Positions 1-13,448 of a stretch of DNA of 64,000 nucleotides are shown in pieces. The translations under genes were made by a program, and so were the position numbers. Location: contig NC_042997.1 of NCBI RefSeq assembly GCF_006345805.1, positions 44,826,001-44,890,000 of the forward strand. Direction: 5' to 3'. Numbering within the stretch: the first letter of the stretch is position 1; each line of letters starts with the position of its first letter. This DNA is from Octopus sinensis. Taxonomy: Eukaryota. The notes beneath the pieces are model-generated. The model was not told the origin of the DNA. It worked only from the letters and a program-made list of their open reading frames with translations, and did not search any database.

Positions 1-42
1 CAGATTTAGGATTGAATCCAATTTTATAGTAAAATATTATAT

Positions 43-145
43 AATATTAATTAGAGACAAAACCACTATTATGTAAATCAAACATATATTGGATTAAGTC
101 TTTCTTTGTTTGATTTACATAATAGTGGTTTTGTCTCTAATTAAT

Positions 146-148
<3 letters not shown>
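43..148. repeat. Fold-back inverted repeat at a PLE-terminus-like repeat (same family as 51308-51573)
   Basis: aatattaattagagacaaaaccactattatgtaaatcaaac (43-83) is the reverse complement of 108-148. The flanking sequence matches 51334-51420. Confidence 0.85.
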
Positions 149-209
<61 letters not shown>

Positions 210-1255
210 TGTTTAATCTATGGATGTGACAACTGTTCATACGAAGGTGAAGGCTGCAATTCTTTAACTCAGTGTCTCCAAAATGTAACGGTAATGGTGT
301 GGTGTGGTGCATAAATGTGGAAGGGCATGCGAGATAAAGGAAGTTAACTTCTTGCATAGTTGGTGTTTGTGTTCTCGTCATTGTGTAGAAGTAACCTACA
401 GATAGCAATGGAGTTCTTGAGAAAAGAAAGTGAGTTAGTGAGAGTGGTGGGACGAAACAACTGCTTCGTTGGTGAGTTATCATAATTGTCCCTTTGAACC
501 TTTTCCTTTAGAGACGGCGTTTTGTTCAGCCGGTCAGTCAGACTCGGTTCTCACTAACTGACTTTGGCTTACGGAGTTCTTGTTTTTATAACTATTCAGA
601 TGGAGAGACATATTGTTGAGAACAATAGAGTTCGTTGATGATACCTGTTATCTCAATTCCAGCTTTTGGTGGCCTAGAAGAGGTTAGAAGGGTGAAGTGG
701 CAAAGACATTATTTTGCTTAGCGAAGGCATCTGGCAAATGTAACTGGGATCTTTTCAATCTCAGTCACAGATTTGGCTGCAACCGTACTTCCAAATACAA
801 AAAATAAAATACTACAGGCAAGTAAACAAAAGTTGATGAAAATTAAGCAAAAGTTAAATAAAACAAGAGTCGTGAAAATAATTAGAAGCAGTAAGCAAAA
901 ATATCAAAAACACAGCAGCCAAGCTGAAGAACGAACTGAATAAACCACACGAGGTTGAAAAATGAATTTAACAACAGATGACCCAAAAGTTGTTGCTCTT
1001 CCATTACTTTCGCAAAAAGCAGTAACTTTCTTCAGCTAAATACACGTCATTGATTGGTTAAAATTACCCAAATGCGGCAACTTTAACACGAAATAACTTC
1101 TAAAATACAAAACTTTATCAAAAACGTTAAGAGCGTCAGACAAAATGTAATATCTTGCGATTTTCCAGCTCTTCACTTTTCAAGTAAAATCATACTAAGG
1201 TCAAATCTGATGTAGGTATGACAATTGTTATTTCTGTGGTAAACACAAAGGCAGA

Positions 1256-1476
1256 GGCGGCGAGCTGGCAGAAACGTTAGCACGCTGGGCGAAATGCTTT
1301 GCGGTATTTCGTCTGTCGTTACGTTGTGAGTTCAAATTCCGCCGAGGTCGACTTTGCCTTTCATCCTTTCGGGGTCGATAAATTAAGTACCAGTTACGCA
1401 CTGGGGTCGATGTAATCGACTTAATACCTATGTCTGTCCCCTCTGTGTTTAGCCCCTTGTGGGTAATAAAGAAATA
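1256..1476 (+). mobile_element. tRNA-derived SINE, family A, full length with TSD
   Basis: Box A/B-like head (gagctggcagaa...gagttcaaattcc) and core ctttcatcctttcggggtcgataaattaagtacc. The direct repeat ggtaaacacaaaggcaga lies at 1238-1255 and 1477-1494. Confidence 0.9.
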
Positions 1477-1528
1477 GGTAAACACAAAGGCAGACAAAAT
1501 ATAAAGAACGTGAAAAACGGACGAAATA

Positions 1529-1658
1529 CCAATTTCTTTACTACCCACAAGGGGCTAAACACAGAGGGGACAAACAAGGACAGACAAACGGATTAAGTCG
1601 ATTATATCGACTCCAGTGCGTAACTGGTCCTTAATTTAATCGACCTCGAAAGGATGAA
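1529..1658 (-). mobile_element. SINE family A, 3' half
   Basis: Reverse complement of the core and tail of 1256-1476. Confidence 0.8.
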
Positions 1659-1705
1659 GGTTAATATAGGGCGTAACAAATATCAGAAAATCCCAAAAAA
1701 AATGT

Positions 1706-2170
1706 GTGTAATAGGTGTAAAACAACTTCCTATGAACGAATATGAAAAAAAAAATTCGCGCACGCGAAAGGGGGGTGGGGGAGAGGCCTCGGAAAATTCA
1801 CATCGGGAAGTTCCGAAAGCGTCTGAGGAGCTGACCCGGGCACCAAAACAAAAAAAAAATAGTGTAATATGTGTAAAACAACTTGCTCTAAACGAATATG
1901 ACAAAAAAAAATGCGCTCTCGCGAAAGAGGGGTGGGGGAGAGGCCTCGGAATATTTATATCGGGAATTTCCGAAAGCGTCTGAACCGGGCACAAAAACAA
2001 AAACAAAAACAGCGTAATAGGTGTAAAACAACTTGCTCTAAACGACTATCATGAAAAAAATGCGCGCTCGCGAAAGGGGGGTGGGGGAGAGTCTTCGGAA
2101 ATTTCACATCTTCAGTCCACGGCCTTTAAACTAATAAAAAATAGTGTAATTGGTGTAAAACTACTTGTTC
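1706..2170. repeat. Tandem repeat of about 150 bp, roughly 3.3 copies, CpG- and G-tract-rich
   Basis: gtgtaat(a/t)ggtgtaaaac recurs at 1706, 1862, 2012 and 2144. Three units contain ggggtggggagag. Confidence 0.85.
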
Positions 2171-2279
2171 TAAACGAGTATCAAGAACACACACTCACAC
2201 ATGAATCATAAACTCCGTATTTCGCAAAAAAAAAAGTGTGTGTGTGTGTGTGTGAGAGAGAGTTAGTGAAAAAAAATGA

Positions 2280-2497
2280 CAGTGTTTAAACCGGCCATAT
2301 CCGGCCAAAATATTCTACCTATTTTATGTTCAAACTAGTCAGATATGGTCATTCATAGCTACCTTATTGTGTCATTTTAAAAATAAAGAATCACATCATT
2401 GAAATCTCAAAGCCATGAAATGATGCAAGATTAATTTTACACGGTGTGAATACATAAGCTTTACATTTGACAGAGTAATCTGAATGTTAAAGGGTTA
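2280..2497. mobile_element. piggyBac-type MITE, left end truncated
   Basis: Homologous to 26001-26227 and ends in aaagggTTAA. Confidence 0.65.
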
Positions 2498-2962
2498 AGT
2501 ACGAGTGAACGAGGATAAATTTTTATATTAACACCCGCACGATTTTTAAAATTAGGTTTTGTTTAGTGAGAAGGATGAAACTACTTTTTTGTTTGTTTGT
2601 TTGAAAGTTTAGGAATATGCCTTTAAAGAAACTGTTATTCTTAGTTCATTACTCAGGTTTTCGTCAGTAAGTCTGTTTATGTCGACGATTTTTTGCATAA
2701 TTCAGTTTTGAAAAAAAAACTGCTTACATTGATAAGATGTCGAAAATTGAGATACGCATTTGAAGGCATCTTTATGTAAAGCAAGGAATCCATCGATCCA
2801 GTGATGGATGGATTCCAATAAAGGTAGATTATTATATTTCGATTTTATTAAGTTATACGACTGCAGATCAATTAATGCTAATTGTAAGGAATCTGAAATT
2901 ACCACAGGACACATATCAAAAGGTGTTTTTTAAACGCGTAGATCGATTTCGTGATCTTATAT

Positions 2963-3183
2963 TTACTCTGTTACTCTGTTACTTGTTTCAGTCATTTGAC
3001 TGCGGCCATGCTGGAGCACCGCCTTTAGTCGAGTAAATCGACCCCAGTACTTATTCTATCGGTCTCTTTTGCCGAACCGCTAAGTGACGGGGACGTAAAC
3101 ACACCAGCATCGCTTGTCAAGCAATGCTAGGGGGACAAACACACACACACACACACACACACCACACACACACACACACACAC

Positions 3184-3253
<70 letters not shown>

Positions 3254-3415
3254 ACAGGCTTCTTTCAGTTTCCGTCTACCAAATCCACTCACAAGGCTTT
3301 GGTCGGCCCGAGGCTATAGTAGAAGACACTTGCCCAAGGTGCCACACAGTGGAACTGAACCAGGAACCATGTGGTTGGTTAGCAAGCTACTTACCACACA
3401 GCCACTCCTGCGCCT
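2963..3415 (-). mobile_element. tRNA-derived SINE, family B (internal CA/TA microsatellite, CR1-like 3' tail)
   Basis: The minus strand reads aggcgcaggagtggctgtgtggtaagtagc...ggttcagttcc (Pol III boxes) and ends in ggcggtgctccagcatggccgcagtcaaatgactgaaacaagta. Confidence 0.9.
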
Positions 3416-3647
3416 ATATTTCTTCATATCTACTTTCAAATTTCTTTAAAAGACTTTCACACTCGTCAGAGTATTCCTTTGTTGATTCGGAATTTTGTTC
3501 ACTCAGTTTGGAAAAAATGTGTGAAACACTTTTTCAATTGTGTGACAAATAAATGAAGCATCGATTCAAAGGCTTTTGATATGAGAAAGCAAACTGGTTA
3601 CTAGCTGATTGGGGCCTTGTAGTTTCAAGTTCAAATTATTTAAATGA

Positions 3648-4855
<1,208 letters not shown>

Positions 4856-5495
4856 TATCTACGAAAAATGTTAAATCGCTTGGAAACTTTTTGTCTTCCA
4901 ATTCTACAATAGGAACACCTTTTATATTCATAAAAATTTTCACGTTTTCCTTCAGTTCATAAAATCGCTTAAGCATCTGGGCCTTACTTAACCTCCTAAT
5001 TTCACAATGGTACAATAAATTCCCATATTCAGCTTCAAGATCTTTCACAATTTCTTTAATTTCTCTATTATTCAACCCTTTCCTTTTTATCAAATTAACG
5101 GCCTTAGTTACAACCTTCATTACATTGCCCATCTTGAGATTTCGCACCTAAACTTTTCATATCAATAAAGCATTGACACAAAGTTTTTGGATCGAGAAGA
5201 CGCTTCTTCAATTTATTCTTAATCAGAGCTACGAACCCTTTTTCACGACCTACCATAGATGGAGCGCCATCTGTAGTAAGGCCACTCACTTTTTTTTCAT
5301 ATGGTAAATCAAAATCTTTCAAGGCTGAGTTGACCATTTGAAATAAATCTTCACCTCTATTTGTTCCATGCATTAATTTCAAGGCAAGAAATTCTTCCCG
5401 GGTGTTGCTTTTTGCAGTTATTCCACGTATAAATATTGCAATCCGAGCAGTATTAGACAGATCAGTTGTCTCATCAACAGCTAGGGGTCTTTTAA
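4856..5495 (-). pseudogene. hAT (SPIN/GTF2IRD2-like) transposase remnant
   Basis: Frameshifted motifs LAVDETTDLSNTARIAIFIRG, LTTDGAPSMVG and LLYHCEIRRLSKAQMLKRFYELK. Confidence 0.85.
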
Positions 5496-5874
5496 AGAAA
5501 TTTTATATAAATAGTTTTCAAACGGCACACATTACGGTTATAAAGAAATTTGTGGGGAAAATCTTTTCCGATGAAGTGGAGGGAGAACTTTCGTAGAGAA
5601 AGAAATTCATAAATTATTTTTTTGCTTGAGTGTAATGGAAAAAGTTTGAAAAAGCTTAGATGCATTTTTTTTTGTTCGAGTAATAGAACAGGGTTTTTAA
5701 AAAGATCCCATGTATCATGGTGAGAGAAACAAATTCATAAGTATGGTGTTGAATATGGTTCCGCAATAGAAAAAAGTGAAGGGCGATTTAGCTGTTGTTT
5801 TTTGCATATCTCACAACCGTCTGATACCTTCCTTATTTGTGTAATATTTTCGGTTAATTATTACAAGTTCTTTC

Positions 5875-7470
5875 AGTTATGTCGAACGAACACAAAGTTA
5901 GCTGTGCGGAGGTCATTTGGTACGGATGATCTGGGTGTACTCTGTGTCGACATGGGAACAGGGCGCAACTGGCCTACGCTGTCTCTCAGTTGAGCGAGGT
6001 ACCTTTTCACATCCGAGTCTGACTTCGTATTCGATTTCTGCGGAAGAAGTGTTGAGTTTTCTTTTGGGCAGTGCGGATTCCCAGTTTCATCCAATTCGGC
6101 CCGTTAAGTCTAGTTGCCAGGGATTCTCCACTAATCCGTTGGCTGTTGTGCGGTTCATTGTGATTCCCAAAAGGTCACATGTCATTCCACAGCTTTGAGG
6201 TGAATTGTGGACCCCAATCGGATGAGATCCTATCTGGGACACTGAAACGGGCAACCCAGTTTGCGATTAAAGCTCGGCTGACTTCTTGTGTTTCCATGCT
6301 GCGGAGAGGGATAGCTTCAGGCCAACGGGTGTAGCGATCTGCCAAGGTCAGTAGATATGAACAACCCTGTGAAGGAGGCAGGGGGCTGACAAGGTCAGTG
6401 TTGACATGGCTGAATCCGACCTGAGGTGGTTCATAGTTGCCGAGGGGTGCTTTGGTGTGTTGATGGACCTTGGCTTGTTGACAGGGGATGCAAGACCTAG
6501 CCCAGTCCCCGATTTGCTTGGCCATACCGTGCCAGATAAATTTGCTTGACAGCAGCCGTGTGGCTTTAGTACCTGGGTGGGAAAGTCTATGAATGATGTC
6601 GAAAACTTTTTTGCGCCAGGCTGATGGGACGATCAGTCGTGGCTTCCCAGTGGATACATCACACAGTAGGGTTGTGCCGTTAGAGCCAAAATGTACATCT
6701 TGCAAAGAAAGTGATGTGATGGCAGTGCGATAGGCCCTGATCTCGTCATCTGTCTGTTGGGTTGCAGCCATAGCTTCGTAATCCAAGCCTTCCGTTATTG
6801 GTGCTAGGTAGGTGTGAGAGAAAGTAAGAGCATGAGAGAGTGTGTTGGCAACTGGGTTGCCCTTACCAGTTATGTGTTGGATGTCTGTGGTGTACTTAGA
6901 AATTGCCGAAAGCTGTCATAACTGGCGTGCAGACCAAGGCTCCGAGAGCTTGCTCATAGCAAAGGTGAGTGGTTTGTGATCTGTGAATACTGTAAACGTG
7001 CGGTCTTCAAGGAAATAGCGAAAGTGGCGGACACCTAGATGACCAGTCAGTAGTTCCCTGCCAAAAGCACTGTATTTCTATTCAGTGGGTCGTTGAAGAG
7101 GGCGAGCGGTCGCTACTGACTGTTGCTGTGTTGTTCCAAACCGCCCCCAATGGCTGTGTCGGATGCGTCAACTGTGAGTGCAGTCCAAGCTGACATATGA
7201 GGATGGAACAGCACGGTTGGTTGGGCCAGGGCTTGTTTTGTGAATTCAAAGGCTGAAGTCATTGTACTATCCCATACCAACTGTCTTTTTGCACCTTTTT
7301 TTTGACAGTGCCTTGTATAGGGGTCGCATCACTTTTGCTGCAGAAGGGATGAAGCGATAGTAAAAGTTTACCATGCCCACGAATTGATGTAGAGCCTTGT
7401 TTGTGGTGGGGCGTGGAAAGAATAGGATTGCTTTTACTTTTTCTGGCAGGGGTGTAACGCCGGCACTTGT
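5875..7470 (-). mobile_element. Ty3/Gypsy pol fragment (RT C-terminus, RNase H, integrase)
   Basis: RNase H motifs TVDASD and FTVFTDHKPL. Integrase motifs HRLSHPG...CIPCQ, DLVSPLPPSQG and SDWGPQFTS in ORF 6175-6786. No LTRs seen. Confidence 0.92.
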
Positions 7471-7619
7471 GATTCGATGTCCTGTTAAGCTATACGCAAA
7501 TAAACTAGTGGAGATGAGGATGCATTTATCAATGTTTTATTACTCTATGTACATCAGGGCTTAAAACGTCAGTTATTTCTGTTTAGTTCACTCAGATTCG
7601 TTTCACACTCACTGTTGAC

Positions 7620-10468
7620 ATTCATTAAATTTTAAATATAATTAGATAGATAATAAATAAAATATCCAAAATGTCCAGAACTTGGAGAAGTAACGAATTG
7701 GCGTTGTTCCTGAGAGCCTGGCAATGCGCCGACGGAGATAATCCGAACAACATAATTACAGCTGCGCTGAAGAGCAGTGGGTATAAAAGGACAATAGCTC
7801 AGATAGAGCGAAAGAAGCAGGAGTTTATACGCTCCTATGCACTCATAAGATCTCACATTGGTACGCTTGATGCCATCTTTGACAACGAACAAAGTAAAGA
7901 TGGCAAGGATGGAGACGCGGGTGCTGATGAAAGAAGTCACCCCCACTTGGTAGACACCCAGGAAGACGATTCAAGTGAGAAACCTGCCCAGGAAGTAAAC
8001 CCAAGTGCAAGTGCTCCTACCAGCACCAAAAGCCATGGAGATGAAAGAGCCAAAAAAGAAATAAAAAGAAAGAAAAAAAAGAAAAAAAGAAATAAAAGGA
8101 GGAAAAACTAAAAGAAAAACAAAAAATGAAACAGTCAAAGAAGGAAAAACTAAAACTCAAACAAAACCAAAAAATGAAACAGCCAAGGATAGAAGCAAAC
8201 CTGACTATCCATGTACCAAAAAGAATGGAAACAGACAGCGCACACGGGTGTGTAGGTTCTACCTGAGAGTTGTCTGCTGGCATGGAGAGGAAGGTGCAGG
8301 CTGCTGTTTTGCACATGGGGGACCCTGCCGCAGAAACACGAAACAGGTCAGAAACCAACTACCAAAAGGAAAAGGGATGGACCATGCACCACCTGCCCCA
8401 AAACGGAGGTACGCAGATGTGGCGCGTGCTACAAACCGCCAACATGTTATTGAAAGGGCAGCTGCTGAACAAGAATCTTTTTTGTGCATGGCACAAAAGA
8501 TTGTACAGCAGCTGACCTGGCTCCATCAAACTCAAACTTGCAGATGGGACTATCCACAATACACAAGACCGCCACAGCAAATAGACCCCAGGTGGACACC
8601 ACCGGCAACAGCATACACCTCACCTCGATGCTCCTACTGACCATCAGAGGACTGCTAACACACAGTAACAGGACAAAAATCCCATTCTTGAGAGACTTTG
8701 TCGCATGCAATCAAGCCTTATGCATAGCACTTACGGAAACACACCTGAAACCGGACATAGCAGATGCGGAATTACACATACCACAGTATGTTGTACTACG
8801 GACCGACAGAAAAGAAAGGAGTCATGGAGGTGTTGCTATGTACATCCGTGAGGACCTCACACCCCAGGTCCTTTTGTCATACTCAAACTCGGTGTGTGAC
8901 ACACTAATTGTACATGTAAGGCAACTTGGTGTAGTTGTGTGTGCTACATATCGCCCTCCAGATGCCCCAAGCCATATGGGCAAGTTTGAAGACTGCCTTA
9001 TAAAAAATAGAAGTTCTAGTTACACTAGAACAACACATAAGTGTACTTCTCATGGGAGACTTCAATCTACCCAATGTCAGATGGCCCGAGGGCCTTTCTC
9101 TCCCAGGAATGACACGATGTAAACGAGGACAGGTGAGGTCCCTCCTGAACCTCATCAACACCCTGTACATGGAGCAAGTAATACTCTAACCAACCAGGGC
9201 AGGTAACACACTGGATCTCTGCTTCACAAATAATATGGATCTCATCCATAATGTGAAAGTGACACCAACACTACTCTCAGATCACAACATGGTAGAGCTG
9301 ACCATGTACGGGCCAAAGGAAAGCATGGACATGCAGCCTACAAGAAACTCTCAGAATCTTTCCAGCTTTTCAATAAGGCAAACTAGAAACAAATTGAAAA
9401 AGAGATCCTCAAACAAAACTGGCCTGAATGTCTCTCCTCACCAGACATCGACATGAAACTTCAACAATTCATGTCTGTAATGCAAGCCATATGCTACAAA
9501 TGTGTCCCAGAGAGAAAGGCCACTGTACACAAGGGCAAAATCCCCAGAGAGAGGAAAATTCTAATGAGACGGCGTACAAAAATCTGAAATCGCCTAAACA
9601 AACAAATTGAAAGCAGTGAAAAGTCCCGCCTGAAAATAAAACTGCTGGAAATTGAAAAATGTCTGCAACTCTCCCATGAAAAGGAAAGAGCAGACAAAGA
9701 AGCCTGGGCTATAGACAACATAAAATCTAACCCCAGAGCTTTCTACAGGTATGCCAAAGAAACAGCTACGGTGCACTGTAGGATAGGGCCACTCCTTGAA
9801 AGGGATGGCACACTCACAGGAAATCCAATGAGGGTAAGTGAAATACTAAATGAGCAATTCAAGAGTGTTTTCACCCCACCCCTTGGGCATTTCCAAATCA
9901 GCAATCCAACTGACTTCTTCACCACTGCAGATATGGGGTCAGAGGCGGCGATGATTGATTACATCAATATAAAGGAAGACGATGTAATAAAGGCTATAGA
10001 TGAGATGAAAACAAACTCAGCTACTGGCCCCGATGGATTCCCGGCAATCCTTCTAAAAGTATGTAAGAGAGTCCTAGCAAGACCACTGCAGTCTCTCTTT
10101 CAGAGCTTCCTTGCAGCTGGCAAACTTCCAAGAAAACTGAAGGAGGGTAAAATATGCCCTATTCATAAAGGAGGTAGCAGAGCGGAGGCCAAGAACTACA
10201 GACCTATCTCTCTGACCTCACACATCAGCAAGGTCATGGAACGAATAGTCAGAAGGAAACTGATCACCTTCCTTGAAGAAAATGTCTTGCTGCCTGACAC
10301 CCAACATGGTTTCCGACCAGGACGAAGCTGCTTAACTCAGCTCCTACAACACTATGACTGGGTGCTGAAACGACTGCTCAACCACTCAAATGTGGAAGTG
10401 ATATATCTTGACTTTGCAAAGGCCTTTGATAAAGTCGATCATGGGATGATATGTCACAAACTGCGTGA
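7620..10468 (+). mobile_element. CR1-like LINE family 1, copy A: Myb/SANT-like + CCCH finger + APE endonuclease + RT N-half, 3' truncated
   Basis: ATG at 7671 starts a Myb-like domain. C-x7-C-x8-C-x3-H at 8251-8316. APE motifs ALTETHL, GGVAMYIR and TYRPP. RT motifs YRPISLTS, QHGFRPGRSC and YLDFAKAFDKV. Several frameshifts. Confidence 0.9.
7671..8111 (+). CDS. LINE N-terminal ORF segment: Myb/SANT-like (trihelix-type) domain plus Lys-rich linker
   Basis: WRSNELALFLRAW...IITAALKSSGYKRTIAQIERKKQEFIRSY fits the W-x3-E...L...W...GY-x-RT-x2-Q-x3-K pattern and aligns with ORF 13929-14156. Confidence 0.65.
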   Translation: MSRTWRSNELALFLRAWQCADGDNPNNIITAALKSSGYKRTIAQIERKKQEFIRSYALIRSHIGTLDAIFDNEQSKDGKDGDAGADERSHPHLVDTQEDDSSEKPAQEVNPSASAPTSTKSHGDERAKKEIKRKKKKKKRNKRRKN

Positions 10469-10564
10469 CAGTCATAGCCTACACCAGTGTCACATAACCA
10501 AGCCATTTAAAAAGTACCTTTGTATCATCAGGTGACATACCGTGCTTGAGGAGTCCTATTCAGT

Positions 10565-11045
10565 TGAATAAAATCAAAATCAAGTCAAATCTAATGAGAA
10601 TCAAATGGAAATTGTAATTATGGCCTATGCCAGTGGCACCTGACTGGCTCCTATGCTCATGGCATGCAATAAGCAACATGCATGCATGGGCCGTTACCAG
10701 TGCTGCCTGAGTGGCTTCCTGCACCAGTGGTACATAAAAAGCACCATCCGAACATGGTTGATACAAGCCATCCCCGCTCTGACTGGCTCATGTGCCAGTG
10801 GCACGTGAAGAGCAGCATCCAAAGGTGGCTGATGCCAGTGCTGTGTGAATGGTTCCCATGTTGGTGGCACGTAAAACGTACCCACTATAATCTTTGAGTG
10901 GTTGGCGTTAGGAAAGGCATCTAGCTGTAGAAACGTTGCCAGATCAGATTGGAGCCTGGTGCAGCCTCCTGTCATGCCAGTCCCCAGTCAAACCGTCCAA
11001 CCCATGCTAGCATGGAAAACAGATGTTAAACGATGATGGTGATGT
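10565..11045 (+). mobile_element. Retroposon/SINE family D (internal ~60 bp repeats, (GAT)n tail)
   Basis: Contains ggcgttaggaaaggcatctagctgtagaaac...ccgtccaacccatgctagcatggaaaac...aaacgatgat and repeated ggtggcacgtaaaa motifs. Confidence 0.8.
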
Positions 11046-11056
11046 ATGTATATATA

Positions 11057-11091
<35 letters not shown>

Positions 11092-11530
11092 TAACAATTG
11101 AGGATAAAATCTTTAAAAGAAATTATCAGTAGTCAGCGTGAAAAACCTCGTAAGAGAAAAAATCCGTAAATTCTTCCTCTTTGAAAATATTCATTTATAT
11201 TATATTGAGGGTACTACTATTCGTAGATACCAACACGCTAAGAGGGACCAATGCGGTCAAAACTACTAAAAATAAACAAAATTTTACCGAATGCAAAACT
11301 TCAAAACACATCATTTTAAAAAAGAATTCAGTTACATATCACATGTGATTTCGCATTTAATGCAGAATATGCATATCATGTTCATCAGTGCAACAAACTC
11401 AAGAAATATAAGAAAAAACATAACATTACAAACTCGATAGCCAACCGTAGAATTCGTCGTAGCTTGTACGAATGTTTATCCTTACATATCTATGAAAATG
11501 GCGAGCTTTTTCGCAATGCATTTCGGTAAC

Positions 11531-11567
<37 letters not shown>

Positions 11568-11571
<4 letters not shown>

Positions 11572-12396
11572 TCATCATCATTTAACGTCCGCTTTCCATG
11601 CTAGCATGGGTTGGACGGTTCAACTGGGGTCTGGGGAGCCCGAAAGCTGCACCAGTCCAGTCAGATCTGGCAGTGTTTCTACAGCTGGATGCCCTTCCTA
11701 ACGCCAACCACTCCGAGAGTGTAGTGGGTGATTTTATGTGCCACCGACACAGGTGCCAGACGAGGCTGGCAAACGGCCACGCTCGGATGGTGTTTTTTAT
11801 GTGCCACCGACACAGGTGCCAGACGAGGCTGGCAGACGGCCACGCTCGGATGGTGTTTTTTATGTGCCACCGACACAGGTGCCAGATGAGGCTGGCAAAC
11901 GGCCACGATCGGATGGTGCTTGTTACGTGCCCACAGCACGGAGGCCAGTCGATGCGGTACTGGCTACGGCCACGTTCGGATGGTTTTATTGTGTGCCACG
12001 TGCCACCGGCACTGGTACCACAAAGATACAAATTCCATTGATGTTCATTATTTTGATTTGTTTTGATTTGATTTTATATATATATAATAGTATTGGTAAG
12101 ACAACAAAAGACTGAACAAGACCTCGATATTATCTAAATAGAGGAATTTATCTGTAATATAATATGTGACAAGTATTTGGTGCATGCAGAGTGTAATTGT
12201 CACATATTATATTACAGATATATATATATATATATAAGTATAGTGTTGTTGGACACTCAGGAAAGGATAGAAAGAAGGAGAATTAATGTATCAAGTGGAG
12301 CTCTTCTTCAGAAACATAGAAAAAGAAAAGGTCCAGGGAAGGGAAAGTGGAGGAAAAAAAATTGCCAACGATACACACGCAGTTACATTTTGAATC

Positions 12397-12428
<32 letters not shown>

Positions 12429-13286
12429 TATATATATATTATATATATATATATATATATATCATCATCATCATTTAACGTCCGCTTTCCATGCTAGCAT
12501 GGGTTGGACGGTTCAACTGGGGTCTGGGGAGCCCGAAAGCTGCACCAGTCCAGTCAGATCTGGCAGTGTTTCTACAGCTGGATGCCCTTCCTAACGCCAA
12601 CCACTCCGAGAGTGTAGTGGGTGATTTTATGTGCCACCGACACAGGTGCCAGACGAGGCTGGCAAACGGCCACGCTCGGATGGTGTTTTTTATGTGCCAC
12701 CGACACAGGTGCCAGACGAGGCTGGCAGACGGCCACGCTCGGATGGTGTTTTTATGTGCCACCGACACAGGTGCCAGATGAGGCTGGCAAACGGCCACGA
12801 TCGGATGGTGCTTGTTACGTGCCCACAGCACGGAGGCCAGTCGATGCGGTACTGGCTACGGCCACGTTCGGATGGTTTTATTGTGTGCCACGTGCCACCG
12901 GCACTGGTACCACAAAGATACAAATTCCATTGATGTTCATCTATTTTGATTTGTTTTGATTTGATTTTATATATATATAAATAGTATTGGTAAGACAACA
13001 AAAGACTGAACAAGACCTCGATATTATCTAAATAGAGGAATTTATCTGTAATATAATATGTGACAAGTATTTGGTGCATGCAGAGTGTAATTGTCACATA
13101 TTATATTACAGATATATATATATATATATAAGTATAGTGTTGTTGGACACTCAGGAAGGATAGAAAGAAGGAGAATTAATGTATCAAGTGGAGCTCTTCT
13201 TCAGAAACATAGAAAAAGAAAAGGTCCAGGGAAGGGAAAGTGGAGGAAAAAAAATTGCCAACGATACACACGCAGTTACATTTTGA

Positions 13287-13290
<4 letters not shown>
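11568..13290. repeat. Tandem duplication of about 890 bp (family D element plus PLE-terminus pieces)
   Basis: 11568-12396 and 12461-13290 are near-identical. Each unit is bounded by (TA)n. Confidence 0.95.
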
Positions 13291-13346
<56 letters not shown>

Positions 13347-13412
13347 AATATATATATTTAAATATATATTTAAATATTTATGTATAAATATATATATATA
13401 TTTAAATATTTA

Positions 13413-13448
<36 letters not shown>

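Noticed and set aside
205-1140. Possible LINE 5' region or endonuclease remnant on the minus strand
   Set aside because: Only a vague PLLSVGYF resemblance and promoter-like motifs are present, with no convincing conserved motif series.
1810-1835. GAAAGCGTC-TGAGGA as a hammerhead
   Set aside because: The core elements overlap with no room for stem I, and the motif is not retained in the neighbouring repeat units.
11582-12959. Cluster of overlapping 80-150 aa ORFs on both strands (also 40327-40708 and 42321-43034)
   Set aside because: They are chance frames in the GC-rich internal repeats of family D retroposons.
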